64,000 bases of DNA from positions 620,001 to 684,000 of the forward strand of contig OZ374558.1 in NCBI GenBank assembly GCA_977862235.1, written 5' to 3'. Origin of the DNA: Dudresnaya verticillata. Taxonomy: Eukaryota. The notes below the pieces were generated by a model. The model was not told the DNA's origin and did no database searches. It saw only the letters and a program-made list of their open reading frames with translations. Below are positions 50,546 to 62,164 of the stretch, piece by piece. Positions within the stretch are counted from its first letter, which is position 1, and the number at the start of each line of letters is the position of its first letter. Made by a program: the position numbers and the translations under genes.

Positions 50546-50653
50546 CACTGCTTGCGTTCACAAAAGACTGACCTAAAAGGCACTTCTGTCACAACTTCCT
50601 TACATACATCATCACTTTATCCCAGCCTACTAGCCCTGGGGAAATGGCACGAT

Positions 50654-51318
50654 TGTAGTGCAATCCTCGATGAGCGGATGCTCAAACGGCCCCAAGTGTC
50701 CGGACGTGGGCGGGTAGTAGGCGATCACGCCGTAAAGGCGCGAAGGCGGTAGTGGTAGAGCGTGCTGGTGACGGCAGTAGGTCTGGGGTGCCCGCGTGGG
50801 TGGACTGTAAACACCCACGAAGCACGTGCTCACACGAACAACAACAAACAACCAAACACCCGTAGAGCGTGAGCGCGCGGCGAACGTGAGAACACTGAGA
50901 GAAAGGTGTAGGCACCACAGGCGTACGTAGCCCAGTTCCGCGATGGCGTCACTTGCCAAAAGCACGGAGGGAGGGGGTACCCTAAGTGTGGAGCCGAAGC
51001 TTGGTTGGGCTTTACTGTGTGAGGGGGTGCCTGTGCCTTAAGTCCCCGACGGCGACGGCGCCATCTAGGGCTACTGTACACTAAACCACTACTTACACTA
51101 CTGTGCCTCTCTCCAGTGTACCTGGCGTCCGCCAAGTGTCGCACCACCGCGTTCAGCGCTTGTACTGTAGAGTGGCGCGTGTCCACGTGGCACCAAATAA
51201 GGGGGCGGCACGCATGCGTCGTCGGCGGACGCGTGCGGGGTATGCGGTGGCGGTTCGCCGGGCGCGCGAAAAGGAGTATTTCAACCCCGGCCCCGGCGCG
51301 CCTGGCCGTTGCACCACA
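50654..51318 (-). mobile_element. Solo LTR (665 bp), TSD ACGAT
   Basis: TGTAGTGCAA...TTGCACCACA flanked by ACGAT at 50649-50653 and 51319-51323. Confidence 0.9.
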
Positions 51319-53135
51319 ACGATCGAAAGGGTTTGTCATGAGGTGAAGAGAGCCATCACGGCAATGTTGTCGGAACGGAAGCTTGCTCCGAAAGACTGGC
51401 CTGCAGTGACTGAGAGTATACAAAGAATACTGAACCGTGCGCCCCTGAAGCGGTTGGGACCCGTTCAGGCGGATGAACGAACGGCTTTCCGATGCCCTCT
51501 CGAATTTATGACAGGGCTCCCCTCCAAACGTCCGCTATTGATGGAATTACCGCTGGAGAACTTCGTTCAACTGGAAAGCCTCACTGAGGTTCGCGCCAAA
51601 CAGCTTCTACACGTTGAAAGAATTCAGGAGACCTTGGAACATTTCCACAGAAATTTCGACAAGCGCGTTGTGGTATAGTGCGTTTCGCTGATGGTGACGG
51701 TGCGGAACGGATATAGTGTGGCCCGCTGTGGTCACCTGCTTTAGTGATCTGGCAACGTATATCCGTGTCGGTTTGGCGTGCATTGCTGTGCGCCGGTGTG
51801 CATTGCTGTACAGGAGTGAAGCACACCAACCGTAGCAGAGTATTTGTAGTATTTATTCTTCATTTTTAGTGAGTGTGTGTACAATGTGTAGAGTAGCGCG
51901 CCAGCCAATGAGAATGCTGCGCATGTCCGTGTCTGAGATTGGGACCAGCAGGGCCGATTCCACCATGGGTCCAGACCACTAGGGTCTGGCCCACATGGAC
52001 CGGCCCGCTCGGTGTCACCCTGACTTGAATATCAGGGCGGCACCGCAGCCGATCCTAGGGTAAACGGGCAAGCAACCCTTGAGCCTTAATCCCACTGTGG
52101 CTCTTTCCTTTACGGTTTTCCCCGCGCCAAGGCCGTTGCGGTCTTCCACCACCACCGTTACGGGGTCCGTCCCGGCACTTGTATCACCCATGTCTGTTGC
52201 TTCCCAATATCCTGTGGTATAACGAAGTCCACGGTGATGCGGGGGAGTCTCGCACTGTAAGGAATGGTCTCGGAGCCTAACTTGTGGCCTCGTAGCCTAA
52301 CGGAGAAAGGGGAAGGGGTGGTGGCGTGGTAGAGCGGAGCGACCAACACGAAGGACCACGGTGTCAACGTATTCGTGCGCGGAAGGGAGAACTCGAGCGA
52401 TCGATCACCGGGGCTGACTCCGGGTGCGCGGGGCTATCGAAAGCGAGGCTCGACCGTATCCGCAGTCATGAAGACGAGGACACCGAACTCGAAGAAACAG
52501 GCGTTTACTGAAGACTCCGAGGTCCGCGCGCTAGTCGCTTGCCGGAAACCCTCGGAGGTTGTGTCAGAAGACTGGCTAAGTACTGCTACGTGAGCACGAA
52601 TGCACGTCAATGCGGGAGACAGTTCGTACTCGAATGATTCGTAACGGCCTCGGTGCCAACGAACGGTCGCCTCACGTATGGCGGCGGTTACGAAGTGCTC
52701 CAGAAATGCATATGTAGGTGCACGCGCGTCATGGGCCTCGGGGCCGTTAGAGCATCTCCAACGGTATGGTCCATATCACGTTTCAATCTAAACTTGGCAT
52801 TAAGCTATTGGTCATCCGAGACACCGATTTAATCTGTTCCAAGTATTTTTAGAATGGACATGCCGGCTCCTGGCCAAACCCCCAGCGGTATTCCTGAGAA
52901 CACGAGATGCACAAGCCACACGTATCTCGGCACACCCCGGAATTCGAACTGGCGTTGGATCCAACGCCGCTTGGCCCGCCTGCTCTTCTCGGCTTCGCTG
53001 CGTTTTGTGTACGTTTGCCTGCTTGACAACGCTACGTGTATAGTGTGTCTGAGCTATCCGCACCGACCTGGCTGCTCATCGGCTCTCCGCTAGAGCTGTG
53101 TCACAAAGCACAGAAATGAATGCCCCGGTGAATAT

Positions 53136-54470
53136 ATGGAGGAGGTCGAGGTGTGCGCTGCTATATGGACATATATGCAGATGTTAGCGGTCCCAGCGCA
53201 ACAGATGGTAATGAAGCCATGGGGTGGCTCACGTCCAGGGCGCAGTGCAAATGCGTTCCGGGACTTCGCACTGTCGCACCGCAGGGTCATGCTTGATTCT
53301 TTTTGGACGAGGCAACGGAAAGAGATGACGGACCAGGCGAGATTGGTCCGGTCTACACCTCGCAAACGTTTGAGCGCAGGTTTCGTATGCCTAGAAAGCT
53401 GTTTCTGCGCCAATTTTATGCGGCAGTGCTGGAGAGAGACTATCTAAGGTTGGGACTCAAGGCAGATTGCACGGGCAAGGTTGGAGTTTCTCCGTTGCTA
53501 AAAGTTGTTGCAGCTATTCTTTATGTTTCATACGGTTGTCCTGCAGACAGTTTAGAAGAAACCATGCGGCTTGGGGAGTCAACGACCTTGCTGGCAGTAA
53601 AGGAATTTTTCAAAGCCGTAGTGGAACGCTTTGGGGAGCAATTTCTGCGCGCGCCGCGACGGGACGATCTGTCCAGAATCGAGAGAGAGTTTTCTAAAGC
53701 GGGTTTCCCCGGCTGCATTGGGTGCCTTGACTGTCCCGGATGGGCGTGGGACAACTGTCCAAAAGCCTTGCAAGGCATCATGAATGGTAAAGAGAAGGAG
53801 CCGAGCCTGTGAATGGAGGTGATCTGTGATTTGGATCTGTGGATATGGCATTTATCTTTCGGGTATCCCGGCTCAATGAATGACCTTAACATTGTTGAAG
53901 TGAAATCGCATTTCTCAAACGTCCTCAGTGGAAAAACGTCTATAGCAACGCAACGTTACTCAGTTTTGGGTGAGGTTTTTAACTGGTGCTACTATCTCAC
54001 GGACGGGATTTACCCGGCTTGGAAAACATTTACGGACACCACAGCGATGGCCCGGAACACGAAGGAGAAAAGGTTCGCGGCACGTCAAGGAGCTCGCAGG
54101 AGTGTAGAGCGCGTGTTTGGGGTTTTGTTTAAGCGGTTCAATGTGCTTTACGTGCATTCGAGGTTTCGGTATAGTGAGGACATGCAGGTTGTTCTGAGAG
54201 CATGTTGCATCACGGACAACATGCTGGTCGAGGAACGCAGAAAGGAGTATACAGGAAACGGCGTCGAAGGTGTCAGACAATGGGTTGGGGTCTGTTGATA
54301 GCAATGCGTCAACGAAAAATAGCAGCAATGTGACGCTGATTAGACAAAATGCGCCTGACGTCCTCTCTATTCTTGAGCGATATTCGTCTGTCGCAGATAT
54401 TCGCAGTGCAGCTCTGCAGTACAGACTGAAAAGTGCCCTCGTTGACAACATTGCTTCATTGAACTTGTAA
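53136..54470 (+). pseudogene. PIF/Harbinger DDE transposase
   Basis: FERRFRMPRKLF, GFPGCIGCLDC..W.W.NCP, GYPGSMNDLNI, YYLTDGIYP, RRSVERVFGVL. Frameshifts near 53300 and 54280; stop at 53810. Confidence 0.92.
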
Positions 54471-54564
54471 ACAGTAATGTCTCAAACTGCTATCCATTCT
54501 ATTCCTGATCTACCAGCTCGCTCATGCTCATTCCACGGCAATGCGGTGACGGTCTGTCAATGTT

Positions 54565-55665
54565 TTAATCATCGCAATGATAGTCTCCAGGAGTGCTGGG
54601 GGGTCCATGACTGCTGCAGATAATTTCAGTACTATCGACAGGCGAGGCTGTGGCGGGAGATAGACGTTGCACAGGAGGAATGCGCTGAGCGGATGCGTCC
54701 ACAGACACGGCGGCATTTTCAACATCATGACTTGCACCCGCTGGGCTGGTTGACTGTAACTGCCGTGTCTGACTTTCCGATTCCATTCTACCAAGCGCAG
54801 ACAGTTGCTCCATTTCCATAAACCTCTTCATAAAGCTCGGATCTGTACCGGGCATAGCAAACAAAGGTATTCTAGAGTTGCGTTCCTGCACAACCAACGC
54901 CTCCTTCGAAATAGTATTGCGCTTCGTCCTCTCCTGTACGAGACCTTCAATAGCGTTTGCTCCACGATCCAGTGCATCTGCTGTCTGTACTATTTCTGCA
55001 GTCCGCTTCGCACCGGCTGGACGTTGCGAAGGAGACACACTAGAGGTTGTTTTCATATTTGGTGCTTTCGTGCCACCCCCGTAACCAGACAAATCAACAT
55101 CTACGCTTCTCTCGGCGCTAACGCCCCGGCTTGTGTTACTAGAGATCGGTGTAGACGCCTTTTTGGCCTGACTTGCTTCCAAAGCCTGCCTTATCATTGT
55201 ACAAAAGGTGCTGGTGCGCAACCACAGATAGCAGTTCAAGAAGATTAAACTTCGCCCCGGATTGGCGCCGTCGGGTCCGAAGTAACGATAGATGGCCTTG
55301 TGCTCCCCTGCAATATCCAGTCGTTGATTGAAGATGGCTGTGGCAGCCTGGATGTAGTCACCTTCCGTAGGGTGACCGGTAAGATAGAGAGCTTGCAATT
55401 TCTGATAATGACCTTCAAAAACTAAACAGGCCCTCTTGATGCGCTTGAATCTCTGGGTAACAGCAGACCCCGGACGCGGCAGCAGAGCTGATTCTGCGTC
55501 TTTTGCGCGCTCTTGCAAGGCTAATCGTTGATAGACCTTTGATACTCTGTATTCAAATGCCTCTAGCTTATGGTAGTTGCCTCGTTTGGCGTCCTCCGAT
55601 GCCTCGACATAGGATTTGCATGCCAGGGCGTTCTCTCGCTCTGTCCAGCCCTTTCCCGCACCCAT
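54565..55665 (-). CDS. Harbinger Myb/SANT-like DNA-binding protein (second ORF)
   Basis: Open frame beginning MGAGKGWTERENALACKSYVEASEDAKRG, typical of the PIF Myb-like protein; lies inside the TIRs. Confidence 0.8.
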   Translation of the reverse strand: MGAGKGWTERENALACKSYVEASEDAKRGNYHKLEAFEYRVSKVYQRLALQERAKDAESALLPRPGSAVTQRFKRIKRACLVFEGHYQKLQALYLTGHPTEGDYIQAATAIFNQRLDIAGEHKAIYRYFGPDGANPGRSLIFLNCYLWLRTSTFCTMIRQALEASQAKKASTPISSNTSRGVSAERSVDVDLSGYGGGTKAPNMKTTSSVSPSQRPAGAKRTAEIVQTADALDRGANAIEGLVQERTKRNTISKEALVVQERNSRIPLFAMPGTDPSFMKRFMEMEQLSALGRMESESQTRQLQSTSPAGASHDVENAAVSVDASAQRIPPVQRLSPATASPVDSTEIICSSHGPPSTPGDYHCDD

Positions 55666-56142
55666 GTCCGTAAGAGTCCAACTCCGGTGCAACGTATCAC
55701 AAGTTCTGAACTCAGTTCAGGCAGCCAGTGTCCGGAGAAGTTCAAACTGGATACCAACCTCAGGATATCACCGCGCGCGGTGAAGAGTGAGCTGGATACC
55801 AACCTCAGCATATCACAGCGCGCGGGGAAGAGTGAGCGGCCCGCCCACGTTCTGTTTCTGTTGTTCGTTACCATTCCCGCGAGAACGAATCTAGATTACG
55901 GGGGTGCAGATCCAAATCAAATTGTTGGATTTGGATTGAACATTGTATTCGACAGGGCAAAATCGGGTCCAAATCAGTGCAATTTGGACCCAGAAGCAGG
56001 CGAAGTCCAATCCAAGTCCAACGATTGGATTGGAGCCTGAGCGCCGGGGGGAGGGCCAGTGCTAAACAATGTCCAAAGTTTACATTGGAACCCCACCGTT
56101 GGAGATGCTCTTACGCGCAGGAAACAACGGGAAAGCCACGAA

Positions 56143-56376
56143 GGTGTCAGCGATTTCGTATCGAGTGCGCACTGTAATGCGACTTGCCATCGTGGAGCGC
56201 GCGATCACGAAGTCAGCTCGGAATTCGTCCGGAGGTGTCAGCGATTTCGTATCGCGTGCGCACTGTAATGAGAATGCCATCGTGGCGCGCGCGCAGTATG
56301 CGCACTGTAATGCGTTTGCCATTGTGGCGCGCGCACAGTATGCGCACTGTAATACGTTTGCCATCGTGGCGTGCGC
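56143..56376. repeat. Tandem repeats inside an LTR (TGCGCACTGTAAT...TGCCAT(C/T)GTGG x4)
   Basis: Copies at 56166, 56257, 56299 and 56341 (spacing 91, 42, 42). Confidence 0.9.
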
Positions 56377-56649
56377 ATTCACGGAGTCACTTCGAAATTT
56401 GTATTTCTCGATTATTTTCACGTAGACCACGGAGTCGTTTTGCGCACAGCGTCTATACCACATATCCGTCACGGTAAGCCGCTTGCTGTTCTCCCTGTCG
56501 GTGCGAACTGCCCTTCCACCCCGTGGAGGTAGTGACGCTCTCGCCCCATGAAGGAAAGTAAGGCCAGCTGTCCGTTACGGAAGTGTGTGAGTTTTCACTA
56601 CACCACACTCGTCACAGCGTCTCGACGCAGGGCCTTGAATCGTCAGAAC

Positions 56650-56968
56650 TGTAGATATCGACTTGACGACACTTGTAGCTGGAGGAAGCACTCCGAGATC
56701 GGAGTGGTCTACTGAGGCGGTGCCGGGGAGGTGCACTCACCGCAGTTTGTAAACAATATTCCTGCCTCTTCCCCTTCCAGCTAGTCGGGCCCGGGGGCCT
56801 TAAATATTCTAGAAAATGGGGGCGAAACGGCCGCGCCCACGTGAGGGAGGAACGCCTAACCCTGGGTGACCTCCGGAGATATTTCGGAAGTGCCCAGGGC
56901 TAGCAGCAGTAGTGGCGTGTAAAGCACTAGAGCAAGACAACTGTCCACGCGTAAGGCGGATTTATACA
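56650..56968 (-). repeat. 3' LTR of the Copia element
   Basis: TGTAGATATC...GATTTATACA; purine run GGGGAG adjacent on the minus strand; 56650-56741 matches 63909-64000. Confidence 0.85.
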
Positions 56969-56979
56969 CTCCCCGGACT

Positions 56980-59840
56980 CTACTCCCGAGCGTGGGCATC
57001 CCTAACGATCCACTGTTCCACTGGCGTCTCGTCACTTCCAGTGCTCAGAAGCTTCAGGAGCGGTTTGCATGTCTTAGTCTTTGTAAGACCATCTGCAATG
57101 TTGCGTTCACCGCGTACGAAGCCAATGTTAGATATTTCATGGTTGTTGTACGCTTGGCGAGCTGCGGCAATGTCCACCATTAATCGCCGTTCCTGGGTCC
57201 TAAAAACCGTAGCCATAACGTTAAATAACTGGCGCGAATCAGTGCGCATTTGTATCGGCAGGGATCGGTTGAGCATCCGCTTAAGATCATGTCGCAACAT
57301 GAATGCGCTGTCGAAGCCTTCCGTAATCGCATAAACGTCTCCACCCGTATAGAACGCACGACGCGTTTGCACTTCCGGCTTAAGACGTCTAGGACGTGTG
57401 AATCGTTCGAGTCGTCTCAAAGAAGGACAATGAAGCGTAACTGTGAGCTGAAGTCGGCATTCGTTGCGAACGAAGCATCCGTATATGCACGGATGTGCAA
57501 TGTGCTAATATCCAGAGGTCCAGACGATAGTGCTATACCGATAGAGCCTTTCCGTTTCCTGACACCCTTGTTAAACGCCTGTATGTTCTCTGCATTGAAG
57601 CGTTCCGACGTGACCTGGGCTGCCTCGTTGACATAGCAGCAGATATCTGGGCGTGTATGTGTAACCCAAGCAAGTGTGGCCCTTGCACTTCGAGAGTACG
57701 CGTAAGTTGTCTCGTCAACAAGTTCCACCAAGTTTCCGATGTAGCTCGACTGATCAATAGTACGGGTTCCGTCCGCTTTCCTTGAGATATGTACTCCGTA
57801 AAAAGAGAAGTTATCAAAGCTGCGGGGGTTGGACTTGAACCTTTCGACCATCTTATCTGTGAGGGAAATGAATTCCTCATCCCCTGTACCAAGGGAGTCG
57901 TCTACGTAGATTCCCAACACCCCATTGGCCTCGCGGTCTTCCTCGCTAACAGGTTCGCAGTGCACGAACACAGCGGCATCACCTTCCAGTGGCTCCATAC
58001 CGAGACCTTCTTCGACGAGCGTGGTGTAAGTATTCTGCCAGTAATCACCGGAGTCGCAAAGACCGTAAAGCGGGCCAAGAAGGCGAAGCAATTCGTCGTT
58101 TCCAATACTGAAATATTTGCGGTTGGGCGGCTGTGGGCTTAGGTATACTTCACGTTGGAGTCCTTCGTCACTCTGAAGGCATGCCTGCGATAAGTCGTGG
58201 GTAAACATCCTATAGCGTTTGAGTGATGCGAATGACACGATAACTCGGGTGTAACGTTGCTGCATTGGCAGACTGTTGTGGACCAGTGCCCCCTTCTCCG
58301 TATCCTTGTGACCTTGAACAAAGTAAAGAGCCTTGTTTCTTTCGCGTTCCGGTCCCAGGCTCCTTTATGGTAAATGCGAATCGACCGCGGAGGCGCCCAC
58401 AGGTACCATAATAATCTTCACAGGCGTCCAGGTTGAAAGATTGGTGAGTCCAGCGATCTCCTTCTGCTTGGCGGTTTCGAAGTCTTTAGAGTTGCTTCGC
58501 GGATCACCTATCTCCAGATTTTCCGTCAGGAATACTGGGGAGGGGTCGACGTCTCCTGTACTGGCCGACGAGACATCGTCGGTAGAGGACAGAAACTCAC
58601 TGGGGTCGATATGGTTACCGATTGATACACCGCCGGATTTCTGCTGCAATTCGGATTGCAATTCATCTAGCGTTGGGGAACTGTCATGGGGTTGCTCCGT
58701 TGTGCTCTCCGGGGCAATCGTTGATGGCGCATGGGCAACTGCAGCTTGAAGCGGCGATCGATGGTAATGCTTGACCTTGGTGATGGAGAACGACTTCAGC
58801 GACCCCTTCACTTCTAGATTGACCATCTTGTCGCTCATGGATACGACCCGGAGATGGCGTGCCATTGTCCGTCTGACGTCTTGAGGGCCTCGCGATATAC
58901 TAGGGACTCATCTCCAGCGCAAGTATCGCGAATAGTGGCGGCAGAAACATTGGAGCGCAATGCAGCGTTGACTCTACTCTTCGCTACAAGCTTGACCATT
59001 TCCTTACGAGCTTCCTTCATGGCTTTCATCCTTTCCTCCTTGCCAGGGTGGCATTGAGTAACAGACACCTTCGGAACTACTCCGAACACGAGCAACGTTG
59101 GCACGAGTCCATCTGGTCCGGCGGTGTCGTTGAGTGCCTTGACGGCCAGCTGCAACTTCTAATCGGCGTCCATGCCCATGTGTTCCATTGACACGCGCTT
59201 GTAAATACCACGTAGGAAGTCGTGGTATCGCTCGCCCTCACCCAGAGAGTTGTGTTCCTCCACGCCGGACAGGGCCAGCTTCATGCCATACATACGGCAC
59301 AATCCTCCGAATTCCCAAACACCACACAGGCGCCCGCCTTACCGCGTGGCGCCTGGTACCTAACCGCGGGAGAGCGCTTCGAACACGGTAGGGGCAATCC
59401 CCGTTTTTGGGTGTTGCACTACACTTATGAAGCTTGCGGAGCTCCTCAGAAGTGGACAGAATACCCGTTTCCCATGTTGCGTACATTTGGCCTCGTTTTC
59501 TGGTCAATGGCACGCTCCATGTGTCATCGCGGGCGCCCATGATGTTTCCCGCCACGTCAATGACTACATAGTAGGTATCCATGTACTCGAGGCCCATTAG
59601 GAGTGGGACGTCAACGTCTACTACCTCGACCAAGAGCTCCATGAACATCAGCTCGCCCACTGGTATGCGCAAATCAATACTTCCAAGTCCTGGATAAAGA
59701 TGGTCACCAAACCGATAGAGCCCTTTTGTCCTCCTATCGTGACGGTACGGTGCATACGTCAGACCCATGTGTTGGCAGTACGCAATAGCTTGCTGTTTGC
59801 ATATCACTGATCGCTGAGCCCCAGTATCGATGCATGCCCC
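56980..59840 (-). pseudogene. pol: Copia pol: protease, partial integrase, RT, RNase H
   Basis: CIDTGAQRSV (PR); HNSLGEGERYH, KALNDTAGPDGLVPTLLVFG (INT); PLYGLCDSGDYW, IYVDDSL (RT); YTDASFA, TDSRQL, NIADGLTK (RH). Confidence 0.92.
59320..59423 (+). mobile_element. Short LTR remnant at the site of the missing Copia integrase N-terminal half
   Basis: Ends in TTGCACTACA, the terminus used by other LTRs here. Left boundary approximate. Confidence 0.5.
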
Positions 59841-61639
59841 TTAGAAAGTGCGACCATCGTCGGTACGGGCAAATCGTAGCCGAGGGAGTCCTGTAGGGTC
59901 CTCCATCACGGGAACTTCATGTTCGGGCTTGTTCTCTTCAGACACCACGCCGTAAGTTTCGGGGTCAGAGTCAGTAGCATAGACTTGGTCGGAGTATCCG
60001 TCACGGTCGTAGAAGGGCTCGTATGCCTCATCAGTCCATCCAGCAGATCCTAAAGAAGGGAGAGAACGATGGGAGATTGCCTGAACCATATACATCGGAG
60101 TCTCCGCTCTCCAATAGTTCCTCGAATACTTCGCGATCTGACTCTTCGCGTTGGTTATGGTCCTCGGCCATTGCAGCCTCGCCATCAGCTCTGCCGGCAT
60201 CTATCTGGAAACACAACCCTGCTAGAACTAAATGTGTAGCCCTTCCCTTCGATGCGTCCTTCTTGGCGTAGTATTCAAGCTTCCGCGATGCGGCCTTCGC
60301 AACATTAACGAGTTTTTACAGTCTTTCAACATATGCCCGGGGCCACCACAGTTGAAGCAACCACATATCGAGAGTGGGTTAAACTTCTTCCCGTCTTGGG
60401 AGCCAAACGATACGCGCCTGGGCCAGTTGTTGGGTGTCAAGGGCCTCTGTCTACCATATCGAGCTTGACCGGTGTACAGCACACCCGGAAGGTCAGAGTC
60501 GAATGCCAACTTCTTCCCAGAGGATCGTGCAAAGATTTCGTCCTTCAGTCTTGCGACTTCAGCCTCCTTTGTGAGTTGAAGCTGGACCTACAGCCCGCCA
60601 TAGAGCTGTTGGAAGTTGAGGCCGATAGTAGCAATCCTGCTCAAAGGTTCCAAGGACCACTCATATCCAGCAACGGCTCCGGCTAGGAACTCGACCTTGT
60701 GCGCGTCGCCGCGATGCGTCGGAGGGGCTTGCCGAGAGAGCTTAGTAACAATACGATATACTTTCTCTAAGGCGTCGGCAGGTTCCACACCATCAGAGAC
60801 AAACTTGCTAACCCGCAAGGACTTGACATAGTTCTTTACCTTGTTTTGGCATACCGGCGAGTTATATTCTCGTTCGATATGATCGACCGCCTGTTGAAAC
60901 TTTTGGGCGTACCCATCCACGTTCTCTATGTAGAACCGTTTTGCATCACCATGAAGGAGTTTGTGCAGATAGTGCAACTTTTGCGTCGGTGAGATATTGT
61001 AGTCGCGGGATACCTGCCGATACTCGTAGACAAACGCTTGTCAACATTCCCCAATGTCACCTCAGAACTTCTTTGAGTTATCGTTCAAGCGCATCGCGAT
61101 GTTGTGTGCTACGTTCTCGGGTGGAGCCCCAAAATCGTGATGAGGCTGCGGGGGATGATCCTCAGCTTGGGAAACTGTGTTTACCGTTGTGGCTGGGCTT
61201 GGGTTCCTGCGGCCGAGGGAGATGGCATCCCTGACGATGGAGATGGCAGATTCCCTATCCTCATTGTCTGAGTAGACGTTGTGAGTTAGCGTCATAGCAA
61301 TGCGGCGTGAATTGTGAGGACGCATTTTAGTACCCCGGCAGTCCAGGAAATTGCGAAGCTGGACGTGCAGCACTGGCAAGGTCCAAAAGTCTCGTCCGAA
61401 AAGCACGGCGGGCGGAAACATCGCTGCGACGGACTGTAGAAGAGCTGTCCCGTTAGGGGTTGTGTCGTCTTCAAACAGTCGCATCGTGCTGATGAAACCC
61501 CGGAGTATGTCGCTGATTTTGTCGAGCTCCTCGGAGGGTAGCGACGACATAAAACGATGCGTCGGCGGAGGCGGGGTATCCGGGAGCAACGGGTCGTCCT
61601 CGCCAGTGGGGTACCGGACGGTCCAGCGGGAGAAGGCAT
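59841..61639 (-). pseudogene. gag: Copia gag
   Basis: Tiled ORFs 61062-61589, 60588-60977 and 60228-60509; CCHC knuckle CFNCGGPGHMLKDC. Confidence 0.8.
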
Positions 61640-62164
61640 GACGCAGTATTTTGCTTCACACGGGTATGTGGTCTTATCTCTGAGCTTGACATTGAACTTC
61701 TACCTGAACTTGAGCATCAACACAGAAACCTGTGCGCAAAGTGGCTATCCCCCGTAGTCAACAGTTGCTGACCAAGGACAGGTCCTTCACCAGCAATGCA
61801 CACTGGAAGTATCCCAATGCAAAACACCTTTGGAGACAACAGACAACCGTTGGCGGCTGGAGCCTTCCTCTCTGTCTAAGACAGGCTCTTTGCAATAAGT
61901 CCCCACTGGTCCCACGCAATTTGAAGTTACTTGCAGTACAGCGATTAATCGATGATGGTAGGTAGAGTGGTTGCCGCTCTGATTAAGGCCGGTCTTCCCA
62001 AAGGGGTCGACCAAGATCCGACGGGGGTTTACCTGACGCGAACCCGAAGCCCTCGGCCAAGCGCTATCCACCTGACAGCACGTATCTACCAGGACAATTA
62101 ACCAACCACAGGGACGCAAGCGTTGCCTAAGGGCGGCGTCGCTGCTATAGACACGCGTGCCTTG

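Larger units (their letters stand above)
52750..56110 (+). mobile_element. PIF/Harbinger DNA transposon, full length (3361 bp)
   Basis: Perfect 16-bp TIRs GAGCATCTCCAACGGT (52750-52765; 56095-56110), TTA TSD on both sides, and convergent transposase and Myb-like genes. Confidence 0.95.
52213..56462. mobile_element. Solo LTR (pieces 52213-52749 and 56114-56462), TSD TATCC
   Basis: TGTGGTATAA...CTATACCACA flanked by TATCC at 52208-52212 and 56463-56467. Confidence 0.85.
51669..56607 (+). mobile_element. Solo LTR (pieces 51669-52212 and 56468-56607), TSD CGCGT/CTCGT
   Basis: TGTGGTATAG...CTACACCACA; same family as 45478-46148; the host integrase frame rejoins across it. Confidence 0.8.
50546..56649 (+). 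pseudogene. Fragmented integrase of another Gypsy element (pieces 50546-50653, 51319-51668, 56608-56649)
   Basis: With the insertions removed it reads HHFIPAY*PWGNGT|IERVCHEVKRAITAMLSE...DWP...CPLEFMTG...NFDKR|VTASRRRALNRQN. Confidence 0.8.

Noticed and set aside
56143..56376. Repeat cluster as a CRISPR array
   Set aside because: The units are tandem without unique spacers, lie inside an LTR, and the context is eukaryotic with no cas genes.
16329..61639. RIP-like hypermutation as the cause of decay
   Set aside because: Several stops fit C>T changes, but the elements remain GC-rich and carry indels and transversion stops; ordinary decay or sequencing error is sufficient.
61975..61990. GCTCTGAT as the tRNA-iMet PBS of the Copia element
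   Set aside because: It lacks the terminal TGG and is not adjacent to a recognisable LTR end.
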